In this document: positions 52,955 to 62,003 of the stretch, one piece after another | Numbering within the stretch: position 1 is the stretch's first letter | How the letters are laid out: each line of letters opens with the position of its first letter | Assembly: GCA_050014495.1 (NCBI GenBank) | Contig: JBEKDF010000008.1 | Location: 25,587-89,586, forward strand | Reading direction: 5' to 3' | DNA from: Candidatus Bathyarchaeia archaeon | Lineage (GTDB): Archaea > Thermoproteota > Bathyarchaeia > TCS64 | DNA length: 64,000 nucleotides | Notes under the pieces: model-generated | Seen by the model: only the letters and a program-made list of their open reading frames with translations | Told to the model about the DNA's origin: nothing | The model's database searches: none | Made by a program: the position numbers and the translations under genes

Positions 52955-54025
52955 CTAGAGCCGATACTCACTGTACTCGTACTCGCATGGGTTTCCGCAT
53001 GTCGCGTACATTACCTTGTCCTCTGGAACCATTATCACGGATGAGACCGTCATCGATCTAGCGTACATCGGCATCTCCTCATTCTGGTGCCCACAGATGG
53101 AGTGAGGATAGTTGTTGTGATCAGACATGAGCTCCATCATCTTCTGCGGCGTGAGGTCCCCATGATACTTCTCAATGAGCCGGTTCAACCTCTGAACCCT
53201 CACATATGTACTCCCCCTGACCTCAGGGATCGCGTTGTCTCCCACCTTAAACCTCGCATCGACGTAGTGGTTACCGTGAACGAGAACATCATTGGTAGGT
53301 TGCTCGACGTTGAAGCTCGTGGGATGAGTCTCAATGCTGAAGATGTCACCCTCAGAGCTAGCAAGCATGTAGTGAAGCATACTCCGACCATGTGTACATA
53401 ACACACTCAGTGCGTCTCCCACCCTCTTCTGCCTCATTACCTTAGGCATCAAGCAGCAGCAGGGTACATCCAGACGCTGCTCAGTAGTCGGACTCAAGAC
53501 GACATTTAACACGATCCCCAACCCCGCAGAGGTCAACGTCAGCTCTCCTCCTCCCCAGAAGACGAGGGAGAGCTCCTTAGACCCGTCACTCCGCTTAACC
53601 CTAACCATATCCAGTGACACCCCTGGGAGGACATCGAAATTCTGCCCAACAATCGCCTTCCCATCTCGCGTAGCCTTACCAGTCACCGCGAAAGAGGTAC
53701 AGAGTGTAGTCAAATGCTTGTAGTAGAATCGTAGCTCGAACCAGCACCTCAGCGCGAACACCTCATCGAAGCTTACCCCCGCGCCGTCCGCTTGTCCCCT
53801 AAGCTGCTGGATCAACTCAGGGTCGAACTTCTCAACTACTGGGAGATATTTCCTCGTGTTCATGAGAAGTTCCTCCTTCGAAGCCCCATCACCCGCGGCT
53901 ACACGGGCCACGAGTGTCTCTATAGATCTAACGATGTTTCCCTTTGCCGACTCCCCGTACTGTTTGCCAATCTCGTAGGGGGTACCGCTGCACTCTATGA
54001 CTTCAAGCATCTGTACCTTCTTCAT
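52955..54025 (-). CDS. C45 autoproteolytic acyltransferase/hydrolase
   Basis: GTPYEIG.QYG, CTSFA, GQNFD, HGNHY, DH...P.SIC.H. Confidence 0.9.
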   Translation of the reverse strand: MKKVQMLEVIECSGTPYEIGKQYGESAKGNIVRSIETLVARVAAGDGASKEELLMNTRKYLPVVEKFDPELIQQLRGQADGAGVSFDEVFALRCWFELRFYYKHLTTLCTSFAVTGKATRDGKAIVGQNFDVLPGVSLDMVRVKRSDGSKELSLVFWGGGELTLTSAGLGIVLNVVLSPTTEQRLDVPCCCLMPKVMRQKRVGDALSVLCTHGRSMLHYMLASSEGDIFSIETHPTSFNVEQPTNDVLVHGNHYVDARFKVGDNAIPEVRGSTYVRVQRLNRLIEKYHGDLTPQKMMELMSDHNNYPHSICGHQNEEMPMYARSMTVSSVIMVPEDKVMYATCGNPCEYEYSEYRL

Positions 54026-54194
54026 TTATAGTCACCGGATGAATCAACCACTATTTTTCCAGTCTCTTTGGAGACCCATATAACACTTGTCGGAAACTGG
54101 CGACTCTTATTTAGTTGTAAATAAGTGGTTCAAATTTCCCTGATAATTTAAATACTGACAAGCCTCGACGCGCTCGCACTAGACGTATCAATGC

Positions 54195-54932
54195 TTATGC
54201 ATTAACATCCTCTGCCTTTGGTCGACCCTTTACGCCAAAGCCATCGAGCATCTTAATAAAGTCCTCCGAGAGGTTACCCAAGTCTAGTGAATTATCTACA
54301 GTTGCCTTTTTCGGTGTAAAGGTCGGCTCATAACCATAGGCGATCGCCTCAGTCGGTTGAGCTGTCCTCGTGGGTGCTTCCTTTAATGGAGGCTCGGGGA
54401 AAGCGTTGTCGAGGCTACTCTCGATCGTTCTCGATACCTCCTTCAGTATCGCGAGGCTCTCCGGGCTCGTGGCGCCGAATACCTCATCTAGGGCCGGTTC
54501 TTTGAAGCCGATGGTTGCCTGTTGGAGAGTATCTCCCGCTAACTTAGCAAGCTGCTCTAACCCCGAGGTAAACTCTGGGGAAATACCCTTGATGTCACTC
54601 ACAACCTCTCTTATGGCCTCTGAGACCGGGTCCATTTGAATGGCATTGTATAGGTCGAGTAGACTCTCCATCCTAATTGAGATACACTCCAGCGCCAACT
54701 GGCTCTGGGAAAAGACACGTTTTAAGTGGCGAACCCTAACCAACTCATTAGCATACATGTTGGCCCTCAAGGTGTCTTTCTTGTAGAGGGCGTTCCGAAT
54801 CATACCAAAGAGCTCTTTCTCACGCTCGCTTAGTTTACCGCATGACTGCTCAAATTTAATGTTCTGCTGTCGAAGTTCGCTGAGTGACTCCTGTGAGACG
54901 AGCAGAGTGTGGCGCGTGCTCATGTTATCCAA
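54195..54932 (-). CDS. ESCRT-III / CdvB-like (Snf7) protein, divergent
   Basis: REKELF....AL...D..RA.MYANEL.RVR....SQLALE.I..R; FPEPP. Confidence 0.8.
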   Translation of the reverse strand: MDNMSTRHTLLVSQESLSELRQQNIKFEQSCGKLSEREKELFGMIRNALYKKDTLRANMYANELVRVRHLKRVFSQSQLALECISIRMESLLDLYNAIQMDPVSEAIREVVSDIKGISPEFTSGLEQLAKLAGDTLQQATIGFKEPALDEVFGATSPESLAILKEVSRTIESSLDNAFPEPPLKEAPTRTAQPTEAIAYGYEPTFTPKKATVDNSLDLGNLSEDFIKMLDGFGVKGRPKAEDVNA

Positions 54933-54952
54933 AAAGTGTCATCTCCCTAGTG

Positions 54953-55600
54953 TTAAGGTTTTGAGTCTTCTCCCCTGACAGATTGGCCCGTCGTTTCACC
55001 TGGCAGTGGGGGGAAGCCATTACTTATCTTCGACTCAGCTACAAACTGGGCCTCACCGAGTATCTTCGATGCATCATCATTCACCGCCTCAAAGTTGATG
55101 GGACCCATAGTCACAACCCCAACGTTGGCTACCATTCCACTCAACAGATCACCTAGATCACCCATCCCCTTCTCCGTCTGAGGATTGATCGAGGCGATGC
55201 CCAACTTGAGGTCATTCATAGTTTCGACGACGGGCAGCAGCGACGCTGCGACATCCCCCAGCTCCGTCGATGTCCTCATCCGCAAAGCGATCTGTTCGAG
55301 AGCCAGCTTCGTCTGTAGGAGCATTCTCTCGATCTTCCGGATCTCTGCGACCTCGTTTGCATAGATGCTAGCTCTCTTGTCATCATGTACCTTGTAGGAT
55401 TCGACTGCCTTATCAAAAAGTGCCTTATCATGCTCCTGGAACCGAGAATATGCTTGGTCAAGGCGCTGATTCTCCAGCTCTATCCTTCTAATCGATTCCA
55501 TGAGCTTCGTTTTAAGAGGGTCCGATGGCTTGATTGTTCCCACCACTTTATCGTATGTAGATGGGTCGTCCTTCTTCCCCCACTTTTTAGCGAAACTCAT
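54953..55600 (-). CDS. ESCRT-III / CdvB-like (Snf7) protein
   Basis: F.KKW, PLK, RASIYANEVAEIRK...KLALEQIALR, LGDV...L.P, DA.KIL.EA, FPPLP. Confidence 0.88.
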   Translation of the reverse strand: MSFAKKWGKKDDPSTYDKVVGTIKPSDPLKTKLMESIRRIELENQRLDQAYSRFQEHDKALFDKAVESYKVHDDKRASIYANEVAEIRKIERMLLQTKLALEQIALRMRTSTELGDVAASLLPVVETMNDLKLGIASINPQTEKGMGDLGDLLSGMVANVGVVTMGPINFEAVNDDASKILGEAQFVAESKISNGFPPLPGETTGQSVRGEDSKP

Positions 55601-56021
55601 AGAATAACCCTTACCAAATTAAGAGCAAAATGAAGGGTATCAAAATGTTGATTCGCTTATGTAAATATCCGCGAAATTTTTGATTTTTTTTTACTTCAAC
55701 TTTGCATGTAGATGTCCTTAGACGTAAGTAGATATTTCATGAAAGCATCGAGAAGACATTATTATATGAACCAAATTTACATGTTTGTTAATCTTGTCCC
55801 ACGACCTTTTAATAAAGTGCCACTATTATTCATGCGAAACAATCGAGTACACGGTGATTTGCGCGCGAAATATAAGTTAAGATGTTAGCGCTAGGGTGAA
55901 TAAGGAAATAATACAAAATCGGATTAGTCTTATCATTTAATGAGACCACGGACACCACATTACGATGTGGAAAGCCAGTACCTTTTAAGGAAAAGTGGTG
56001 TAGCCTTCTTCAGGTGATTAT

Positions 56022-57203
56022 TTGGCGAAGGCGCTGTCAAACCTGAGGGTACTGGATCTATCACAGCATCTCGCTGGGCCATTTTGCACCATGCTTCTAG
56101 CGGACATGGGGGCTGAGGTTATAAAAGTAGAGCCACCATGGGGAGACGAGTCTAGGACTAGCGCTGGTTACGCAAAGCTGCAGGGTCAGAGCACCTACTT
56201 CATGTTTCCAAACAGAAATAAGAGGAGCATAGCTCTTGACCTCAAAAAGGAGAAAGGGGTGGAAGTTCTAAAAAGACTTACGAGGATCTCAGACGTCATC
56301 GTGGAAAACTTCAGACCAGGCGTGATGGATAGACTTGGCATAGGATACGACGCGCTATCCAAAGAGAACTCAGGCATAATCTATGCATCCATCTCCGGCT
56401 TCGGCCAGACTGGACCATATGCCTCTAGGCCCTCCTACGATATTGTGAGTCAAGCCGCGAGCAGCTGGATGTGGCTAAACAGCCGCGAACCCCGCGGTCT
56501 TGGCAGTAAAGCGTCACTCATACCTAGCTGCCTCGCCGGTAGCCCTGGAGACTCTATTCCGGGAACCTTCCTCGCCTTAGGTATCCTCGCCGCACTCAAT
56601 AATAAGAATATCACGGGTAAAGGTCAAAGGATCGACGTCGCACAAACAGACGCCCTAATGACCATTGCAGGGTTTGCGTTCACACAGTTCCTCCTAGCTG
56701 GAATTACCGCTGATGAGAGGTCTCAACAGCCATCAACATCCATCCACGGAGTCTATGAGGCCAAGGATGGATTCATTGTTGTCAGGGCTACAGCTGAAAA
56801 GGACCTGAAGGCACTGGCCGAAGTCGTTGGTATGGAATCTGATGAATTACTGCAATCACCCATAAAGTTAGCTGAATGGTTCAAGTTAAGAACAAGAGAC
56901 GAGATATCCAAGCTACTTAGTGAAAGGATCCCTTGCTCACCCGTCAGAACGGACGAAGAGGTCATAAGAGACCCATTTGTGAAGGAAAGGCGGATTATAA
57001 TAGAGAAACCTCACCCGTTAGGCTTCACCTATAGATCAGTTGCGACTGGGATCCAGTTCTCGGAAACCCCCGTGTCAGTCGAAACCCTTCCACCGCTTTT
57101 GGGTCAACACACAGCAGAGATTTTGAAACTAATCGGTTACAGAGAAGATGAGGTAGAACAGTTGATACACGAGAAAGTAGCATTCAGCCAAGACTTTGTC
57201 TGA
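56022..57203 (+). CDS. Family III CoA-transferase (CaiB/BaiF)
   Basis: RVLDLS..LAGPFC..LADMGAEVIKVE, NRNKRS, ENFRPG, SGFGQTGP, LGQHT. Confidence 0.95.
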   Translation: MAKALSNLRVLDLSQHLAGPFCTMLLADMGAEVIKVEPPWGDESRTSAGYAKLQGQSTYFMFPNRNKRSIALDLKKEKGVEVLKRLTRISDVIVENFRPGVMDRLGIGYDALSKENSGIIYASISGFGQTGPYASRPSYDIVSQAASSWMWLNSREPRGLGSKASLIPSCLAGSPGDSIPGTFLALGILAALNNKNITGKGQRIDVAQTDALMTIAGFAFTQFLLAGITADERSQQPSTSIHGVYEAKDGFIVVRATAEKDLKALAEVVGMESDELLQSPIKLAEWFKLRTRDEISKLLSERIPCSPVRTDEEVIRDPFVKERRIIIEKPHPLGFTYRSVATGIQFSETPVSVETLPPLLGQHTAEILKLIGYREDEVEQLIHEKVAFSQDFV

Positions 57204-57256
57204 TTCAACTAAAAGCCATTAAATCCTCATCACATCAACCATAGCAACGAAAAGGC

Positions 57257-58252
57257 ATGGTCGCGGCACATTACACAGACATGAGTAGGTTCGTCAGAAG
57301 GTCCTCAATGACGTTTCCCATTAATGTCTCCAGATTCACACAAAAGGCGTACACTAGAGGGGCTGACTGCTACGTCATGGACCTCGAGGACTCGGTCCCT
57401 GAAGCAGAAAAGGAATCTGCTCGAGCACTAATTAAAGACTCCATCCCCTTAGTTGGCAAGGGTGGCTCAGACGTATCAGTAAGGATTAATCGCCCCATCA
57501 GTCAGGCCGTGAAGGACCTTGAGGCCTCGATTTGGCCTGGCCTAACCTGTGTCTCACTCCCTAAGGTCGAATCAGCGGAGGAGGTCAAGGTAAGGGAGGA
57601 AGTGGTATTAGAGCTCGAGAAGCGCCGAGGCATACCCATTGGGAATATACAGATTGCCGTCACCGTCGAGAGTGCCTTAGGGGTGATAAAAGCTTACGAG
57701 ATAGCCTGCTCTAGCCCAAGGATAGTTACTCTAAGTGTAGGGGCTGAGGACCTAACCCGTGAAATGGGTATTCGCACAACAAGCGAAGGAATGGAGCTAT
57801 GGTTTGCAAATTCGAAGATTCTGATTGACGCCTACGCAGCTGGCATTCAACCAATGGGGCTCATCGGCGTCGAGCCCTTCAGCTGGGGTGAGCCGGATAA
57901 GATCTTTGAGGCCGCCGTCGCCTCAAGAAAATTGGGTTTTAGGGGAGCAGGAATAATCCATCCCGCACCAATCATCCAGCTTAACAAAGGCTACTCCATT
58001 CCAGAGGAAGAGTTGTCGTACATGAGAAGAGCCCTGAAGGCTTTCGAGGATGGAGTATCCAGAGGCACGGCATCGGTTGAACTCGAAGGCAGGATGATCG
58101 ACATCGCGACGGCTGAAAGATGCAAATCAATCATCGAGCGCGCAGAAGCAATAGCTGCGATGGATGAGAAAAAGAATGAGGCACTCAAAAAAACTGATGA
58201 ACTTGAAGAAGAGCTAAGGAACTCTATAAGAAAATCCGAAAAACAAAACTAA
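57257..58252 (+). CDS. CitE / malyl-CoA lyase-like aldolase
   Basis: RRS, DLEDSV, VRIN, LPKVES, ESA.G, GAED, IHP, GRMID. Confidence 0.9.
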   Translation: MVAAHYTDMSRFVRRSSMTFPINVSRFTQKAYTRGADCYVMDLEDSVPEAEKESARALIKDSIPLVGKGGSDVSVRINRPISQAVKDLEASIWPGLTCVSLPKVESAEEVKVREEVVLELEKRRGIPIGNIQIAVTVESALGVIKAYEIACSSPRIVTLSVGAEDLTREMGIRTTSEGMELWFANSKILIDAYAAGIQPMGLIGVEPFSWGEPDKIFEAAVASRKLGFRGAGIIHPAPIIQLNKGYSIPEEELSYMRRALKAFEDGVSRGTASVELEGRMIDIATAERCKSIIERAEAIAAMDEKKNEALKKTDELEEELRNSIRKSEKQN

Positions 58253-58332
58253 ACCTTCTTGCAGTTAAAATCTTACAAAGTAGAAAAATTTGGCTTTACG
58301 AATCTATACACACTGATTAGGAAGGGAGTAGT

Positions 58333-58425
58333 TCACTTAGCCAATTCTTTCTCTTTACGCTTCTTTCTTTTCTCCTCTCTCTCCTTCTTAGTCAATGGTT
58401 TCGACTTTGCGTTGTGCATACCCAA
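58333..58425 (-). CDS. Small basic protein (30 aa), not in ORF track
   Basis: MGMHNAKSKPLTKKEREEKRKKRKEKELAK; GGTGAT SD and AAAGGTTTTATC BRE/TATA upstream. Confidence 0.6.
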   Translation of the reverse strand: MGMHNAKSKPLTKKEREEKRKKRKEKELAK

Positions 58426-58546
58426 TTCAATCACCTGATATAACAATCGAAGGTTTGTAGATAAAACCTTTCAAGAGAGATTTTTTCATTGCACGAGCTG
58501 TCAAGATAAGGTTATTCTAGCTGTGGATGAATTTCGGGACAGGCCG

Positions 58547-58708
58547 GCGCGCATACTATCGTCCGCCATCAACAGGCGTGACGTGCTTCTCACCGAGGAC
58601 TCACTCATCCACGCCCTGACCACGGATGAGGTCTATGGGAGGCTGGTTGGGGAGATCAACCCCGAGTTCGTGGTCTCATCCCACAAGGCTCTGCCAGGCT
58701 TGATGTGA
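58547..58708 (+). pseudogene. C-terminal fragment of a PIN-domain (VapC-like) protein
   Basis: ILSSAINRRDVLLTEDSLI resembles the PIN C-terminal D..I.A.A....L.T.D..; no N-terminal DTN motif. Confidence 0.4.
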
Positions 58709-58828
58709 AGCATCTAGGCGATGCGAGTGGGACAACTATAGCCAGCACGGCTATGACTTCCTCGGCATAACAGACCATGCGCACTTGCATACGCCTATTA
58801 ATTCATCTCGCGAACGGCGTGTGTTTGT

Positions 58829-59251
58829 GTTAAGTGGATTTGTTAAGCGTGTAAGGTTGATTGGTGACTCTGTTAATGGATGTTAGTGGTGTTAGCGGTG
58901 TTGTCAAGTTTGTTAAGTGTGTAAAGTCGCGGTTTCGGAGATGTGGACATCTCCATAGGCTGGGACGTGTGGGGACGTGGGGTTCGGGGAGTTTAATGAA
59001 ACCTGTTTGACGCATGGGCAGGTCATGTTTTGGCTTAACATGTGTCGTCTAGGGGTCTGCGGGGCTTAACGGGTGGGTTACGAGGTTAACAGGCGGCTTC
59101 TGGGGTTCACAGGTCTCGTCTGTGGTTTACACCGGCTGTGGTGGGTTAACGTTGGCGGTGGTCGCTGCTTGTTGGGTTCACGATGTGGGATTGGTCTTCT
59201 CAGTGGGTGGTTCGGGTTAACGATGGTTTGTTACCTTCTATTTTGCTTAAC
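58829..59251 (+). repeat. G/T-skewed region with phased TGTTAA and GGTTAAC-like motifs
   Basis: GSTTHAC copies at 59033, 59064, 59084, 59104, 59124, 59144, 59175, 59215, 59245. Confidence 0.75.
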
Positions 59252-59307
59252 GGTGATTTTGTCAACGATTATATGGTTGAAGCGTCGAGGTTTTTCTTGA
59301 GCCGTGT

Positions 59308-61155
59308 ATGCCGCCCCTTGATAAGAGCAGAGTGCTTGGGATGCTGTTCAGGGGGTACTCCGCTCGGGAGGTGGCGAAGAAGTTTGGCGTAAGCAACGTC
59401 ACGGTCTCGAAGACGTTGAGGGATTTCGTCTCGGAGGCTGAGGGGGCTAACAGTGTTTTGGCTGCTGCTGAAAAGCATGGGATAGAGGAGCAGGTGAGGC
59501 AACTCATCGCGATCGGTGGGGTGGTGGAGGAGACTAAGGTCGACGCATCTAGGGCGGGTCTGGGGCTTAGAATCGTCAAGGCCGTTGAGGGGTTCGGCGT
59601 GGATCCTGATGGGGTCCCAGGCTTCATCGAGGCTGTGAACAAGGAGGCCTCTGATCAGCACCTCTCGGCGGAGACGTTCGTGAAGGTGGTGAAGGGAATT
59701 CACGGCATGAAGGTCGATGGGATGAGCGACTACGTCGCCTTCGAGAAGTCTGTCGAGGCTAAGCATGGTGAGTTCGAGAGGCTCGATGATCAGGTCTACG
59801 AGTACGAGGGGAAGGCCGAAGCGGCTAAGGCGCAGATGGATGAGGCGGTTAATAAGAAGAACACCACCTTGGAGGAACTCGATGATTATGTCGCCCTCAG
59901 GGACCGCCTGACGCCACATGGCCTCGACCTCCGCGATGTGGATAAGGCGGAGAAATGCCTCCTTAACATCAAGGAGCAGGGTAGTGATCCCGTCGCCGTG
60001 GTCGCAGTTTATTCGCGGGACGCTGAACTCTCGAAAAAGGTTAAGGATATGGAGCTGAGAGTCGGGTATCTGTCGAAGTCGGAGTTAATCGCGGGGAATA
60101 AGCTGAACGAGACGAACAAAGAACTGGAGTCGAAGACGGAGCTAGCTGAAAGGGTTAGGGAGGCGGAGGCCCTAGGTCTCAGGCCTTCCCAACTTGGCTT
60201 ATTTGTTGAGAAGGCCCGTGAGGTGGGGGCTAGACATGGCCTGGGGATGAAGGAGTCGATTAGTCGTCTCGAAGCGGATCTAAGGGAGAACTGGGAGCCG
60301 AAGCTGGGCTTCGAGAATAATAAAACGAAGCTGGTTGCTGAGCTGGATCAGTGGGATGAGAGGGTCGAGCTCGCCGAGGAGAGGGAGAGGGTTATTCTTG
60401 AGAAGGTCAGGGCTCGTGAGGGGTCGTTCAAGGAACTCGAGGAGCTTAGAAAGCATGTGAGTGCGAGTGAGCTCGTCGAGTTCAGGCGCGTCATCGTTGA
60501 CAGTGGACAGAATGTGCCATCGTTCCGAGGTGAGGTTGAGAGGCTAGGGAGCGTAACTGCTGCGGTTGATGCCGCGAGGCTGAGGAAGGAGGCAGATGTC
60601 GCTAAGCTTGAGACCAGGGTAAAGACTCTGGGTGCTCAGGTCGAGCAGCTGAATAATACGAAGACCCAGCTGGAGGCGAAGATCCTCACACTCAATTCGA
60701 ACGCCATCGAGGCCATCACCAAAGCCTCAAACACCATGGAGGATATGGCCAAGGGTTTGAAGGAGGACTTCGAGAACCCTGAAACGGGTTTCAGAGCGAC
60801 GATGCAGACCATAAAGACTTATGCTACGGCGGAGATGAACCAATCAATAGCTGTTCAGCGTGAGAGCTTCGAGCAGAGTATAAGCAAGTTCAAGAAATTC
60901 ATTGAACGTTCCACCGCTGAAGTAAAGCAGCTGAGAAATAGCAGCTGGAACACAGGAGAACTCATCGGCTACAACGTCCACCTTTTAACCCTCGCGAAGA
61001 TCGTAGCCGGCGAACCCGTGGAGAGGATGCAGACGTTAGTAACCATGCAGATGACGGTCAATGCCTTCGCGGATTACCTCGCCAAACTAGACTTGGCTAA
61101 ATACTGTCCAAGCTGTATGAAGTTTATTGATGAGCTTAGAGGCCAGATGGCTTGA
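59308..61155 (+). CDS. N-terminal HTH plus long coiled-coil protein
   Basis: GYSAREVAKKFGVSNVTVSKTL HTH; extensive E/K/L heptads; no Walker A seen. Confidence 0.85.
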   Translation: MPPLDKSRVLGMLFRGYSAREVAKKFGVSNVTVSKTLRDFVSEAEGANSVLAAAEKHGIEEQVRQLIAIGGVVEETKVDASRAGLGLRIVKAVEGFGVDPDGVPGFIEAVNKEASDQHLSAETFVKVVKGIHGMKVDGMSDYVAFEKSVEAKHGEFERLDDQVYEYEGKAEAAKAQMDEAVNKKNTTLEELDDYVALRDRLTPHGLDLRDVDKAEKCLLNIKEQGSDPVAVVAVYSRDAELSKKVKDMELRVGYLSKSELIAGNKLNETNKELESKTELAERVREAEALGLRPSQLGLFVEKAREVGARHGLGMKESISRLEADLRENWEPKLGFENNKTKLVAELDQWDERVELAEERERVILEKVRAREGSFKELEELRKHVSASELVEFRRVIVDSGQNVPSFRGEVERLGSVTAAVDAARLRKEADVAKLETRVKTLGAQVEQLNNTKTQLEAKILTLNSNAIEAITKASNTMEDMAKGLKEDFENPETGFRATMQTIKTYATAEMNQSIAVQRESFEQSISKFKKFIERSTAEVKQLRNSSWNTGELIGYNVHLLTLAKIVAGEPVERMQTLVTMQMTVNAFADYLAKLDLAKYCPSCMKFIDELRGQMA

Positions 61156-61673
61156 CTGAGTATAATCATAGACTTCGAGAGATGATACAGGTCAAGGAGT
61201 CACTGAATTCTATCGCGTCGAAGACCAAAGATGTATTTGATGCCAAGATGAGGGCGACGGTGAAGGGTCTACTCGACGACCACTACGCCCTGGAGGGTCT
61301 TACGGTCGAGGATGCTGAAGGGATGAGGGCTCATATGCGGGTCGTTGAGGTCAGTGGCCAAATCGCAGATAAGTTACTTGGCGTGGATGGGAGCAATTTC
61401 AGGCAAACACACAGGAGCAAGATGGATTGGGATTATGATAGGCCAAGAAGGGTCTTAGAATATGTCAAGAAGATAGCAGACATCATCCCCGCTGAATACC
61501 TCACTAAGCTAATAAGTGATTCTCAAAGACTCACTGCAGAGGAGCTCATAAGTCGCTATGAAGCTGTGAAAGGCGAGGCGAAGCAGAGCGACTACAGCGG
61601 CCAGCCAAGTGGAATCGACCCAAAAGCATTCAGAATCATAGCAAGAATACGTAGGAAACAAGGTAATAATTAG
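61152..61673 (+). CDS. Hypothetical helical protein
   Basis: TTGA start/stop overlap with the upstream gene. Confidence 0.75.
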   Translation: MTEYNHRLREMIQVKESLNSIASKTKDVFDAKMRATVKGLLDDHYALEGLTVEDAEGMRAHMRVVEVSGQIADKLLGVDGSNFRQTHRSKMDWDYDRPRRVLEYVKKIADIIPAEYLTKLISDSQRLTAEELISRYEAVKGEAKQSDYSGQPSGIDPKAFRIIARIRRKQGNN

Positions 61674-61677
61674 GTAG

Positions 61678-61842
61678 ATGCACGAGCAGGCGAGGAGGAC
61701 CCGGTCAATCAGGATCCAGACCTATGTCGAGAAACTCGCCGACATATTCCCCGCCGAGTACCTTACCCACCTGCTGATCACCAGCCAGACCCACAACACC
61801 GAGGAACTCATAAGGATCTATGAGGCCGATAAGGCGCGCGCG
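61678..61842 (+). pseudogene. Truncated paralog of the C-terminal part of the 61152 protein
   Basis: YVEKLADIFPAEYLTHL...EELIRIYEADK versus YVKKIADIIPAEYLTKL...EELISRYEAVK; similarity ends at CGCGCGCG 61835. Confidence 0.55.
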
Positions 61843-61969
61843 ATCAGGCTCATGATTGAGGCTTTGTCCTCCTCGGATACCTCTTTTGAGTTCCTTAACC
61901 GCTCCAACGCTGAAGCTATATCTGGTCGGTCTTGTAGATGTCATCCTTTCTCGTGTCTCCTACACCCAT
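61835..61969 (-). mobile_element. Remnant 5' end of an archaeal tyrosine integrase gene
   Basis: MGVGDTRKDDIYKTDQ /frameshift/ IASALERLRNSKEVSEEDKASIMSLI; starts 35 bp after the tRNA 3' end, same strand. Confidence 0.5.
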
Positions 61970-62003
61970 AAGAAAAATACTTGAGGGAATTGAACTCGGA
62001 GTT

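Noticed and set aside
55927..55970. Two small inverted repeats upstream of the CoA-transferase
   Set aside because: Stems of 6-7 bp are too short to support an ncRNA or operator call.
58829..59270. CRISPR array
   Set aside because: Repeats are only 6-7 bp with spacers mostly 13-33 bp, and there are no cas genes in the window.
59073..59392. Plus-strand ORFs across the GGTTAAC array
   Set aside because: G/V/W/L-rich translations are explained by the G/T skew, and the 20-bp period is not a codon multiple.
59308..61155. SMC/Rad50 annotation
   Set aside because: No Walker A/B, signature, hinge or zinc-hook motif was seen in the expected places.
61985..62000. GGGAATTGAACTCGGA as an att duplicate of the tRNA T-arm
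   Set aside because: Short, mismatched, lacks the acceptor-stem part and lies right beside the tRNA; may be chance.
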